A stretch of 63,078 nt of DNA, filler included, from Stramenopiles sp. TOSAG23-6 (lineage: Eukaryota), in assembly GCA_900128565.1 (NCBI GenBank). It is 23 parts of 23 records of this genome, joined end to end, with 100 filler letters (N's around TTAATTAATTAA, not from the genome) between each part and the next. Parts side by side here need not be neighbours in the genome. Positions count along the whole stretch, not along the records: positions 22,073 to 24,727 come from LT637897.1; positions 24,828 to 27,482 come from LT637898.1; positions 27,583 to 30,235 come from LT637899.1; positions 30,336 to 32,984 come from LT637900.1; positions 33,085 to 35,732 come from LT637901.1; 18 more parts are not named here. One strand, written 5' to 3'. A model generated the notes under the pieces. It was given only the letters and a program-made list of their open reading frames with translations, searched no databases and had not been told where the DNA came from. The position numbers and the translations under genes are program-made. How positions within the stretch are numbered: the stretch's first letter is position 1; each line of letters opens with the position of its first letter. Below, one piece after another: positions 23,641 to 34,575 of this stretch.

Positions 23641-24672
23641 TTATAGTAGTTCCTTTAGTTTCTTGCATGAATCATGCAATGTTTTTTTGGAGTCCAACAC
23701 AAAAACATCTGCCTTGTGATCAAATATTTCGCAAATTTTAGAAAATATACCTTTTCTTCCCCAACGAACGAGTTGATCACTGGAGAAATAGCCATCTCGA
23801 AACCACTTCTGCATAGTGGCACTCGTGTAAGGACCAAATTCAACATTTTCCAAATCCAAATAATACCAATCTTCGCTTTTCGATTTAAAATCTGCATTGT
23901 GCTGAAATACCTGAAGGGTTGTTAATAATACATTTTTTGCATCCTTCACATTTACCCGTTTTTTCAAATTAGTTTTTTTCTGTATTTTCCAAAATTGTAA
24001 TGCACTCGCATTATTCTGTTTCACTTCATCTTCGCAATTTTTAGTCTTCGGTGGCAATACTCCAGATTTCAAAAGTTCCAAATTATATTCTAATGTTTTG
24101 CGTTCAGATTCTAGCATTTTTAACTTATCCATTTCTAGACGAAGAATGTCAATATTTTGGACATCGCCCCCTTGCTTTTGAATACCATTTGTCTCAAGTA
24201 AAGTATTACATTGGTTTACCATGTCGATAGGCGGGACGGACGGCATTTTGATAAAGTCCATTGGGTTCTCCCACGTTGACTCTCCACTAATTTCATTAAA
24301 ATAGTAACATGCTCCCAGTTCTGAAGAGTCAATTCGTTTCCATTGTTTCATATATTCTTTTAACTTTGATGATTCAGATGATTTGTCAGTTTCGTTTTTA
24401 AAAGACTTTGACGTTCTTGTTTTCGACAATTCTTTTCGAGACGAATCATGTGATGTTTTTGTAGCAATTTTTGAATTTTTAGGAGACATTACTGAATCTC
24501 GCTTCTGTTGCCCAGCATTTGAAAGAAGAAGCATCTGAAAGCCAAAATCATGACTATCGATATCTTCCTCCTTTGATTTTGTTTGCTCCAGCAGGTTTGT
24601 GGATACTGTATTATCAGCTGTATACGTTTGTTGTTGTAGTCGTAAAGAATCAACTGCCTCATCAGAAAGTGT
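23641..24672 (-). CDS. Terminal exon of a WW- and GYF-domain protein
   Basis: WW: WKRIDS..CYYFNEISGESTWENP. GYF: WYYLDLENVEFGPY..MQKWFRDGYF. Preceded by intron end TTCACAATACGT. Confidence 0.82.
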   Translation of the reverse strand, partial: TLSDEAVDSLRLQQQTYTADNTVSTNLLEQTKSKEEDIDSHDFGFQMLLLSNAGQQKRDSVMSPKNSKIATKTSHDSSRKELSKTRTSKSFKNETDKSSESSKLKEYMKQWKRIDSSELGACYYFNEISGESTWENPMDFIKMPSVPPIDMVNQCNTLLETNGIQKQGGDVQNIDILRLEMDKLKMLESERKTLEYNLELLKSGVLPPKTKNCEDEVKQNNASALQFWKIQKKTNLKKRVNVKDAKNVLLTTLQVFQHNADFKSKSEDWYYLDLENVEFGPYTSATMQKWFRDGYFSSDQLVRWGRKGIFSKICEIFDHKADVFVLDSKKTLHDSCKKLKELL

Positions 24673-24879
24673 ACGTATTGTGAAAAAATATTTCAAAAAA
24701 AAATCGTTAGGTATGAAATTTCGTATGNNNNNNNNNNNNNNNNNNNNNNNNNNNNNNNNNNNNNNNNNNNNTTAATTAATTAANNNNNNNNNNNNNNNNN
24801 NNNNNNNNNNNNNNNNNNNNNNNNNNNCAAAATTTCGTACGAAAAATAAATTCGAAATTGAAAAAAAAATAAAACATAC

Positions 24880-26149
24880 ATCACCGCTACTCTCTATTTT
24901 ATTTTTTAGTTTTACGTAAAGTAATCGCCCCCGCAATGGATCAAACCAATTAGTTCGTATACCATGAAAACTTTGTATAAAACCTTGAGTAATTTCAGGT
25001 CTTACCTCATAAGGATGAATTGTGAAAAAAAAATTCAAAAATTTGAAATTCGTTAGGTACAAAATTAGGTACGAAAAAAAAAAAGGGTAAAAAATTCAAT
25101 GTGGGAAACGTACGTATTCTTTAACTCCTCCAGACATCATTTCTTGATTGTCTGTTACAGGTTTATAATCCTTTACCATCCTACCATAAATTACATCTCC
25201 AAGATATTCTTCATCGCCAACAAATCGTAAGTAGTCAAGTCTCTTTTCAGCGTCTAGTGGATTAAGTTCTGAATCTAAAGGAATTTCTAATTTTGTTTTC
25301 AACTTTTTGTCGGCTTTGTCATCAGAACACATGTAGAAATAATGTTTCCCCATTTTTGTCATTTCTGTTAAAAATTTCTTAAATAAATAGTCTATTTCAT
25401 CATAGTCAATAAATCGATATAAAAGCCTTTCAATTGCCATTATAGCTCGAATAAATTCACCAGCATCACCTCCTGGAGTACCGAGGATGGCATATGTATT
25501 TTGGAAAAATATTTCAAAAAAAAAAATCTAAATGTTTTTGTTAGGTACGAAATTTCCTACGAAAAAAACAAATCGAATTTGAAAAAAAATAAAACACACA
25601 TTCTGACCGTGGGTCAACACACGACAGGAAATGCCGATTTACTTCTTGTAATGGAATATTTGTAGGTCGGAGAAAAGATCCTTGGATAGCATTATCCTGG
25701 CGACAATGAGTTGGTATTTGTGGTAGCTCATATTTCCTTTCTTGTGGTTGTGGATTAAGCATTTGACAATATTGTATGTCGCTCAAACCTGCGTACCAAC
25801 CGAGGTGATATGCCACTTGTTCCCAACGTATACTGCTGTCATCCTCACTTCCACCACCATCACCGTCACCCATTTCTCCACTTTCCGGATTGTATTTTGA
25901 CTTACCGATACCTTTAACAGATAGGACGTATATCGTACAACCCTGTCCTGTCGATGTTCTTTGAGCTAGCCTTGTTTCATGACGAAGATTGGTCGGTACG
26001 TTTTTAGGTGTTTCATTCCAACTTTTAGGATCTGGCTTTCTGCCTGGTCCTCGACCTCGTCCACTAAAATAGTTGTGAAAAGGAATAATGGCGCAACAGA
26101 AGTTCCATTGTGTCATTAAAATGAAGAATATTGCTACATAATTAGCCAT
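24880..26149 (-). CDS. Signal-peptide protein with a CDCA/zeta-like carbonic-anhydrase-type motif, 3'-partial; exons 26149-25600, 25493-25114, 25014-24880
   Basis: Signal peptide MANYVAIFFILM. Spliced motif SCVDPRSEYAILGTPGGDAGEF resembles CVDGR...PGG. The family assignment is tentative. Confidence 0.55.
25015..25113 (-). other. Non-canonical GT-AT intron
   Basis: TAC|GTACGT...TTCACAATTCAT|CCT; phase 0. Confidence 0.75.
25494..25599 (-). other. Non-canonical GT-AT intron
   Basis: AT|GTGTGT...TACCTAAC...TTCCAAAATACAT|AT joins CVDPRSE to YAILGTPGG. Confidence 0.8.
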
Positions 26150-26514
26150 TTTTATTGTAATGATTTAGTTTTCAAGGACCAACGAAAAATTTCAAATTGA
26201 AATTAAATTCAAAAAAACAATCGGAGATTTTCTTTTCTCCTCTTTTTCTTTTCGCTCTTTTTTTTGCCTTTTTTTCTTTTTTTTCTTTTTCTTTTCTTTT
26301 TCAACAAAATGAATTTACAATTTATTTTTTGATGATTTTCCGAGTGTTGATGTCAACATCATCACTCATCATCATCGCTCGTTTTTGACCAGCAATAATT
26401 TTAACCATTCATTTGTCCTCGAAAAAAGTAATTTATTTGTATTTGAAAAGATTGAAGAGACGTCATTGGGACCAGACACTACACCAGATTTAATTTGGAT
26501 CAAAATATTTTAAA

Positions 26515-27400
26515 ATGGGAATGTATATGGAACCGCGCGATTGTAGACTCCCAAAGCTGCTGCCTCTTCGCACTCGTTTTGTGAAGCAGATTACTCCCTG
26601 TGGTTTCTCCGTTCTTCATCCGCTTCAGGAAGAGCCTTACACCACTGGAAACTTTCACTACCCGTCAACATATCGTGGGAATCTTACCGAAGTGCTACAC
26701 GGGAAACGAATTGAAGATCCATATCGGTGGCTAGAAGATTCGGATAATGCAGAAGTTACAAATTGGGTGGAGCGGCAGATGGACTGTACTTCTAACTACA
26801 TGAAAGCTCATTCTACAACAGTTGCAAATCTTCAGAAAGAAATGACTGCTTTATGGGATTATGAAAAGTTTGGCACTCCTTTTCGACGAGGCAATCGTTA
26901 TTTTTTTTTTAAGAATGATGGTTTACAGAATCAATACGTACTATGTATGTTTTATTTTTTTTCAAATTGGATTTTTTTTTCGTACGAAATTTTGTACCTA
27001 ACAGTTGTTTTTTGAAATATTTTTCCAAAATACATATAAGTGTAATTCATTGGAAGAAGCTATGTCCGGAAAGGCAACTGTGCTTCTCGATGTCAATACT
27101 TGGCGCACTGACGGGACTGCAGCCTTTAAGTTTGTGGAATTTTCTGAAGATGGTCTTTACTTAGCGTATGGTATTTCACTCAGTGGTTCCGATTGGACGA
27201 CTATCTATGTTCGCGATGTTGCATCAGGAAAAGATCTTTCTGATAAGATTGAGTGGGTGAAATTTTCGGGCGTTTCATGGACCCATGATAATCTTGGTTT
27301 CTTTTATAGTAGATATCCAGAACCTAGTCTAAACTTAGGAAAAGAAGACGCAGCTGGTAGTGAAACGGCTGGAAACCGTGATCATATGGTTTACTATCAT
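26515..27400 (+). CDS. PREP: Prolyl oligopeptidase (S9A), N-terminal part; exons 26515-26944, 27036-27400
   Basis: LHGKRIEDPYRWLED, YFFFKNDGLQNQYVLY, FSEDGLYLAYGISLSGSDW, WVKFSGVSWTHD..GFFYSRYP. Confidence 0.95.
26945..27035 (+). other. Non-canonical GT-AT intron
   Basis: T|GTATGT...TTCGTACGAAATTTTGTACCTAAC...TTCCAAAATACAT|AT restores GLQNQYVLY. The next AG (27039-40) gives an immediate stop. Confidence 0.88.
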
Positions 27401-27582
27401 GTACGTTTTCATCATGAATTTCAAATTTATATTTTTTTTTATAGAAAATTTTGTACCTAAACAAAAAAGTTTTTTTTTTTTTNNNNNNNNNNNNNNNNNN
27501 NNNNNNNNNNNNNNNNNNNNNNNNNNTTAATTAATTAANNNNNNNNNNNNNNNNNNNNNNNNNNNNNNNNNNNNNNNNNNNN

Positions 27583-27627
<45 letters not shown>

Positions 27628-27683
27628 GTATGAAATTCTGTACGTAAGATTTTTTTTTTTTGAAATATTTCTTCATAATCCAT

Positions 27684-28159
27684 GCTATTGCTGATAGAGA
27701 TGAACTTACTGTAAAATTGAAAGCAGAAATTGCCCAAGTTTCAGTTTTTAGAGACAGAGCAAAAGTTGCTGAGAGGCAATTACAATCATTGGAAAAATGT
27801 TTACTTAGAGATGGAATGGATGAACCATCTGAAGCAGCATTAAAATTGTTAAAAGTGGCGAATAATCACGTAAGTATTCCTCCTTTATTATTACATTTTT
27901 TTTTCGTACGAAATTTTGTACCTAATGATTTTAAGTTTTTTTTTTACCTAACAAAACATTCTATATAAAAACATATTTTCCTACAATTTATCTTGCAGAA
28001 GCAAGAAGATGTGAAAATGCCAGATACAAAGCAGAAGCTGCACTATCTCCACTAAAAAGTCACCTAATGCTTTTGAAAAAACGATCTGCAGAAAAAATTT
28101 CATCACTGCGAAACCAACTACAAGAAGAAAAAAGACGCAATGCTGAATTATTTAGCTAA
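27684..28159 (+). CDS. C-terminal exons of a coiled-coil protein (27684-27869, 27992-28159)
   Basis: GT-AT intron 27870-27991 (CAC|GTAAGT...CTACAATTTAT|CTT) gives a continuous coiled-coil ORF to TAA. Confidence 0.65.
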
Positions 28160-28834
28160 TACTTCCAATCTGAAATTTAAGTTTTTCAATATTTTTCAAG
28201 ATTTTTAAAAACTTTTTAGATTTTTTTTGGTCTTTTTAGTCTTTTTAGTCTTGTTGAAAACTTCAAATGATTTAAGAGATTTTATTATAATGGTTTTTTT
28301 TACCCAAATTTCGACATTCTTGAAAAAAAATCAAACAGACTTTTTTTTTTTTTCAATAAAAAATTCGCATTTTTTCCAATTGTAAGACAATTTTATTTTT
28401 CCCAATTTTTATGACCAATGAATGACATAATATATAAACCGACGCTTTTGGCCGCATTTGGATCGAATCACGGAACGAAAAAACAATTTCATATCAATTT
28501 TATAACCGCCGAATGAAAAAAGTCTTTTTTTTCGTGTTTTTGCAACATTTTATTTTTTCGAAAAATCCCAATATATGCCAAAAAATCCCTCGACAACAAA
28601 AAAAAAAGATCAAAAAAAGAGTCATTTATTATTATGAATATTGTTAATAGTAAACACGCAACTGATTTTTCTTATAAAAACGTCGTTTTTTTTCGTTTTT
28701 TTCGTTTTTTTTCGTTTTTTTTCGTTTCTATCGTATAAAAAAACTTTTCTTGTTTTTTTTTTAGTAAATAGATAAAAAAACAACATCAAACATCCTTGCA
28801 TTTGAAAACTTTAAAACTTTGGTGGTTGCATACA

Positions 28835-28896
<62 letters not shown>

Positions 28897-29571
28897 TGTA
28901 TGCAACCACCAAAGTTTTAAAGTTTTCAAATGCAAGGATGTTTGATGTTGTTTTTTTATCTATTTACTAAAAAAAAAACAAGAAAAGTTTTTTTATACGA
29001 TAGAAACGAAAAAAAACGAAAAAAAACGAAAAAAACGAAAAAAAACGACGTTTTTATAAGAAAAATCAGTTGCGTGTTTACTATTAACAATATTCATAAT
29101 AATAAATGACTCTTTTTTTGATCTTTTTTTTTTGTTGTCGAGGGATTTTTTGGCATATATTGGGATTTTTCGAAAAAATAAAATGTTGCAAAAACACGAA
29201 AAAAAAGACTTTTTTCATTCGGCGGTTATAAAATTGATATGAAATTGTTTTTTCGTTCCGTGATTCGATCCAAATGCGGCCAAAAGCGTCGGTTTATATA
29301 TTATGTCATTCATTGGTCATAAAAATTGGGAAAAATAAAATTGTCTTACAATTGGAAAAAATGCGAATTTTTTATTGAAAAAAAAAAAAAGTCTGTTTGA
29401 TTTTTTTTCAAGAATGTCGAAATTTGGGTAAAAAAAACCATTATAATAAAATCTCTTAAATCATTTGAAGTTTTCAACAAGACTAAAAAGACTAAAAAGA
29501 CCAAAAAAAATCTAAAAAGTTTTTAAAAATCTTGAAAAATATTGAAAAACTTAAATTTCAGATTGGAAGTA

Positions 29572-30134
29572 TTAGCTAAATAATTCAGCATTGCGTCTTT
29601 TTTCTTCTTGTAGTTGGTTTCGCAGTGATGAAATTTTTTCTGCAGATCGTTTTTTCAAAAGCATTAGGTGACTTTTTAGTGGAGATAGTGCAGCTTCTGC
29701 TTTGTATCTGGCATTTTCACATCTTCTTGCTTCTGCAAGATAAATTGTAGGAAAATATGTTTTTATATAGAATGTTTTGTTAGGTATGAAATTTTTTTTA
29801 CGGAAACCAAAAAAAAAAAAAAAAAAAAAAAAAATGTTTTTNNNNNNNNNNNNNNNNNNNNNNNNNNNNNNNNAAAAAAAAACTTAAAATCATTAGGTAC
29901 AAAATTTCGTACGAAAAAAAAATGTAATAATAAAGGAGGAATACTTACGTGATTATTCGCCACTTTTAACAATTTTAATGCTGCTTCAGATGGTTCATCC
30001 ATTCCATCTCTAAGTAAACATTTTTCCAATGATTGTAATTGCCTCTCAGCAACTTTTGCTCTGTCTCTAAAAACTGAAACTTGGGCAATTTCTGCTTTCA
30101 ATTTTACAGTAAGTTCATCTCTATCAGCAATAGC
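29572..30134 (-). CDS. Mirror copy of the 27684-28159 gene end
   Basis: Lies in the inverted arm; probably artefactual. Confidence 0.4.
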
Positions 30135-30190
30135 ATGGATTATGAAGAAATATTTCAAAAAAAAAAAATCTTACGTACAGAATTTCATAC

Positions 30191-30235
<45 letters not shown>

Positions 30236-30418
30236 NNNNNNNNNNNNNNNNNNNNNNNNNNNNNNNNNNNNNNNNNNNNTTAATTAATTAANNNNNNNNN
30301 NNNNNNNNNNNNNNNNNNNNNNNNNNNNNNNNNNNAAAATATTTTTTTTTGTAAAATTTGTTAGGTACAAAATTTCGTACGAAAAAAAAAATCGAAATTG
30401 AAAAAAAATGAAACATAC

Positions 30419-30900
30419 ATTTGTTGTCGACTTTTTTCCAAGTCACCATTTTCAAACCAAGTCGAACTCCATACTGGCTGTGCCAAAGGTCTCCCATTGG
30501 CTGGAGATTTCTTTACCTTGTTTTTCGCACTAGTGTTGGTAGATCGAGATTTGCTCTCTTTCGACTTTTTGGGGGTCATTCGTTTAGGTTGTTTCGCAAC
30601 TTCGCACCAATCTTTCGCAACTTCGGACCAATCTTTGGCCAATGTTGGATTAGATGTTTGGTTACAAGTACGTCTTGGTTTATCTGTTGAAACAATAGTT
30701 GTCATTGAGTCATTCACGTTTTGGTTTGGAGAAAACACTTCGGTAGATTTCGTAGATATAGAGTTAGAAACATTTGACTCGTTCAGACCGTTTGGCTTTG
30801 TTTCATGAGTACAATCATTCGATTGTGAATTCGAAACGACACTCGCTGCCTTTGTAAGCAGGTTGTTGTCTTTACACGTAGCATTTTGGGTAGTTTTCAT
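30419..30900 (-). CDS. First exon of a Ser/Thr/Lys-rich hypothetical protein
   Basis: ATG at 30900; ends at an AT|GTATGT family donor. Confidence 0.55.
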
Positions 30901-31337
30901 TCTTAGGAAGCAAGCAAAAGCAAGACAAGATTCAGTATTCGTTTTGAGTTTAGATTTGAAGTAATATTCAGAATGATTGTTTTGTTTTATTACAATAATC
31001 GATATCGAACAGAAAGCCAATGTCATATAACATAATTTTGGCAAGAATCCAAAAAGCCAAAAAGCCAAAAAGCCAATGATTTTCGCGGATGTCAGGCAGT
31101 ATGTTTGAGATTGCGCATATTCAAATCGCATTCAAATCCGTACCATTTTTTTTTTCTTGTGAACGTTTAAAAAATTAATTAACGGACGAACAAATCCAAT
31201 GTCATATAACAAGATTTGAGATTGCGGTTATAATACTGTAATAATAATAAAATCCTTCGCGAGTTCATAGCTTACTTTGTCTCAAGATTTAGTGTATTCG
31301 TTTACCCGTAGCAAGATAACGTGAATTTACTTCAACC

Positions 31338-32919
31338 ATGGGAAAGAAAATTGCAGCGACTGACACACAACTCCAACGGACGACTATTATTCTTCGAAAA
31401 ATGTGCCGTTCTATATCACAGAGAACGCATCAGATCGTTACTCAGAAAGTGCTTCCGCTAGTAACTCTGGATATACGTTCCCTAGCAGTAGCTCGGATAT
31501 TAATGTCACTCCTAACACTGGTAAATATATACCAGGTGATGAGAAATGATAAGCATTTTAGATTCTGGTACTGTGAAACTGGGTCAGCCATTCAGGACGT
31601 AAGAAGTGTCGAAAATGTAAATAATATATCAATATTCATGGCTTCTCGCGCTGATTTTTGGGCATACATTTGCATGTTTGTGTTCTCTTGTGCTGCGATA
31701 TGTTTTCTTGTAGGCTATGAAACGACAAAGTCGAATATTTTGATCTGGTTTATGTTAGTTGGGTATATGAATCGAGCGCCCATGATTTTTAATGGAGGAA
31801 ACAATACTCAAAAACTCTTTTATTTTTGGTCAATGTTTGTACCAATGGGTGAAGCACTATCAGTCGATAACTGGCTCAAAAATGAACCACAAAGAAGAAA
31901 ATCAAACATTGTCAATGGGGGTACAGTCGCATTGGTAGGACAGTTAGCTATAATGTATATAAGTAGCGGATACATAAAAATGAAAGATGAAGAATGGAGC
32001 ACTGGCGACGGAGTGTTTATGTACGTTTTATTTTTTTTTTTAACAAAAAAATCGATTTTTTTTTCGTACGAAAATTTGTACCTAACAAATTTAAGTTTTT
32101 TTTTTTGAAATATTTTCCCAAAATACATGGTATTTCAAGCGTACCAATATACGAAACCTTATTTTTCATCAATAATTCTCAAATACAAATTTCTATGGGC
32201 GCAAATGAACTACTTTGCAATAGAGTTAGAAATGTTGGGACCATGTTTTCTATTTTGTCCGTTTTATATTAATCAGGTAAGAATTTTCGTCATTTTCGCT
32301 TTTTTCTGTATGCACGGTGGATTTCTACTGACAATGGAACTTGGACTATTTCCTCTCATTTCTATGTCGTATTGGTGTGTATATATCCCAGGATCTGTAT
32401 GGTCATTATTTGGATGGGAAATTGCATGTTCCAACCAAGAAAATGGTACATGGGTCGCTGAAAATGATACAAAAAATGATACAAAAAATGATACAAAAAA
32501 TGATACAAAAAATGATACAAAATGTATCAAAAAAAAAATTACTCGCTCTAACCAAGAAAACGGAGCAGATGTCAATGGATATGGCAAAACTAAAAAGGGT
32601 ACAAAAATTATCAAAAAGAAAAAACACAGGACATCTAGGAGACTTGTACCTTTATTGAAAATCTTTATTTTTTATTGTACTCCAATCATAATTTTTATGA
32701 TACACGCTGAATGTACGTGTTCAAAATTGAATTTCGAATTTATTTTTTCATACGAAATTATGTACCTAACACTTTTTACAAAAAAAAAAAAAAAAAAAAA
32801 TTTTCACAATACATGGCAATTCTACAAACAAAAAAGAATGGGCAGCAGTTTCTATACCTTTCTTGTCTCACTTGGTTTAAGTTGTCAATTTAGTTATTTT
32901 ACACCTCCGCCAACGGCTT
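31338..32919 (+). CDS. HTTM-domain multi-pass membrane protein, 3'-partial; exons 31338-32020, 32129-32712, 32815-32919
   Basis: LDIRSLAVARI, NRAPMIFNGG, FWSMFVPMGEALSVD, QLAIMYISSGYIK..EWSTGDGV, HGGFLLTMELGLFP. GT-AT introns at 32021-32128 and 32713-32814. Confidence 0.8.
32461..32522 (+). repeat. 12-nt coding tandem repeat (NDTK x5)
   Basis: AAAATGATACAA repeated five times in frame. Confidence 0.9.
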
Positions 32920-33089
32920 GTATGTTTTATTTTTTTTTAAACAAAAAAATCGATTTTTTTTTCGTACGAAATGTTGTACCTAACNNNNNNNNNNNNNNNN
33001 NNNNNNNNNNNNNNNNNNNNNNNNNNNNTTAATTAATTAANNNNNNNNNNNNNNNNNNNNNNNNNNNNNNNNNNNNNNNNNNNNATAGA

Positions 33090-34418
33090 ATGAGCAACGT
33101 TTCTCCAACACCATTCTGTGATCGATTTGGACCACTTATTGTAAACCTTGATTCGTTGTTGCCGTTCTTCAACATTAAAGACATTCGGCCAGGGGATGAA
33201 ACACCAGAGTATATGTTTGATATTTCTGAAATTATATTAAATAGTTTTAATAATGTTTATACGCCAGGTGGTGATTCTACCAAAGTTTCTTTCTCAGCAA
33301 AATTTAGAGATGATTTAACCGAGCAAATAAATGTTACATGGGAAGACATTAAGGTAATTATCCCTAACCGAAAAACTAGAAAACAGTATTTACTTTTCGG
33401 AACACTTGCCAAGGTTGCAGAGTGTGAATATGGAGATGAACGCTTGAAGTATATAAATGGCGTTGGTCACTTGGATGATGACCATATGGCATTTAATTTC
33501 CCCTTCCACATTGACTCTAACTCTAAATATACCAAAGTAGTACATGAGTCTATCGTCCAAGAATACAAAGACTATTGCTCTTCTACGTTGATATCAGGTA
33601 AAACAGTTTTCCTCAAATCGATTTACAAATCAAGACTACATGCTGCTATTAAGAATGTAAAAAAATGTCCGGTACAACGCAATATATTTAAACTAGAGTC
33701 CGTAATGTCGATGTTTGCGACTAGACGATTAAAATGGATTTTCACAAACAAAATTTCTCTAGATGATTACATTAAGATATTATACTTGGTACATTCAGGA
33801 AAGCTCACCACTAGATCTTCTGATAATACTTTGAAGAATCTAGCCACACAGGATGATGTACCATTGAAAACTTTACATAAATGTAAAAATAAGGCATTGA
33901 TCGACTTAAAATGTCTACAAAAAAAAAATTTTGAGTTGAAAAAATACAAAAATGTTTTAAACCAAAAGAAACATAAAATTTTAAAAAAACTTTCGGAAAA
34001 TTGCAAACACGTATTACCTAATAATCAACCTTCAGAAATCTGGAGTTTACAACAGACCATAACGAAACCCAGATCAGGATATAAATTTTTTTTCAAAAGG
34101 AATTTTTCGACAATTAAAAAGCAATATCCAAAAATGACATTTCCTGAAGTATGTAAGGAAAGTGGACGAAAATGGAGGGAACTCTCAGAGGAAGAAAAAC
34201 AAGAATACAACAAAAAACACAAACAAGATAAAATTCGATATCAAAATGAGATAGATAATCTAAATGAAATTTATACTTCCCCTAAAGAAAGTGCTTCTGG
34301 TGGGGAAGTAAAAGAATCAAACTGTAATCCAATCTCGTCACAAAATTCAAATAATACAAATAAAACTAAAGGGGGGGGNGGNTGTTTTTGGAAAATCAAA
34401 ACAAAAAACACTCCGTAG
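33090..34418 (+). CDS. Protein with C-terminal HMG box and uncharacterised N-terminal region
   Basis: KPRSGYKFFFK..IKKQYPKMTFPEVCKESGRKWRELSEEEKQEY..DKIRYQNE. Confidence 0.8.
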   Translation: MSNVSPTPFCDRFGPLIVNLDSLLPFFNIKDIRPGDETPEYMFDISEIILNSFNNVYTPGGDSTKVSFSAKFRDDLTEQINVTWEDIKVIIPNRKTRKQYLLFGTLAKVAECEYGDERLKYINGVGHLDDDHMAFNFPFHIDSNSKYTKVVHESIVQEYKDYCSSTLISGKTVFLKSIYKSRLHAAIKNVKKCPVQRNIFKLESVMSMFATRRLKWIFTNKISLDDYIKILYLVHSGKLTTRSSDNTLKNLATQDDVPLKTLHKCKNKALIDLKCLQKKNFELKKYKNVLNQKKHKILKKLSENCKHVLPNNQPSEIWSLQQTITKPRSGYKFFFKRNFSTIKKQYPKMTFPEVCKESGRKWRELSEEEKQEYNKKHKQDKIRYQNEIDNLNEIYTSPKESASGGEVKESNCNPISSQNSNNTNKTKGGXXCFWKIKTKNTP

Positions 34419-34575
34419 CAAAAGTAGAAAAAGAAAAATATTAAATGCACCTGTACAAAAATACGGGATAACTAATACTAATGACTTCAAATTTCAAAAT
34501 CAATCTCGTGGTAATTTATTTTTGAAATAAAATTAAAATTTTAAATTTTGAAAATTTAATTTATTATAAATAAAA

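Larger units (their letters stand above)
27582..30235. repeat. Contig-long inverted repeat centred on an (AT)n microsatellite at 28838-28893
   Basis: The right half is the reverse complement of the left half, with mirror ORFs at 27660 and 30158. Confidence 0.93.

Noticed and set aside
26970-27003. Conserved ~24-nt repeat as a CRISPR repeat or REP-like element
   Set aside because: It is dispersed, strand-locked to host genes and intronic, with no spacer periodicity or cas genes; the genome is eukaryotic.
26943-27033. U12-type AT-AC introns
   Set aside because: The AT...AC register is possible only where the exon ends in AT. There is no ATATCC donor, AG-ending members share the GT-anchored register, and the branch-to-end distance is longer than typical for U12.
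28430-28480. Possible U2-like snRNA (CTTTTGGC)
   Set aside because: No branch-recognition GTAGTA or recognisable snRNA structure follows; no snRNA, tRNA or rRNA could be supported in the window.
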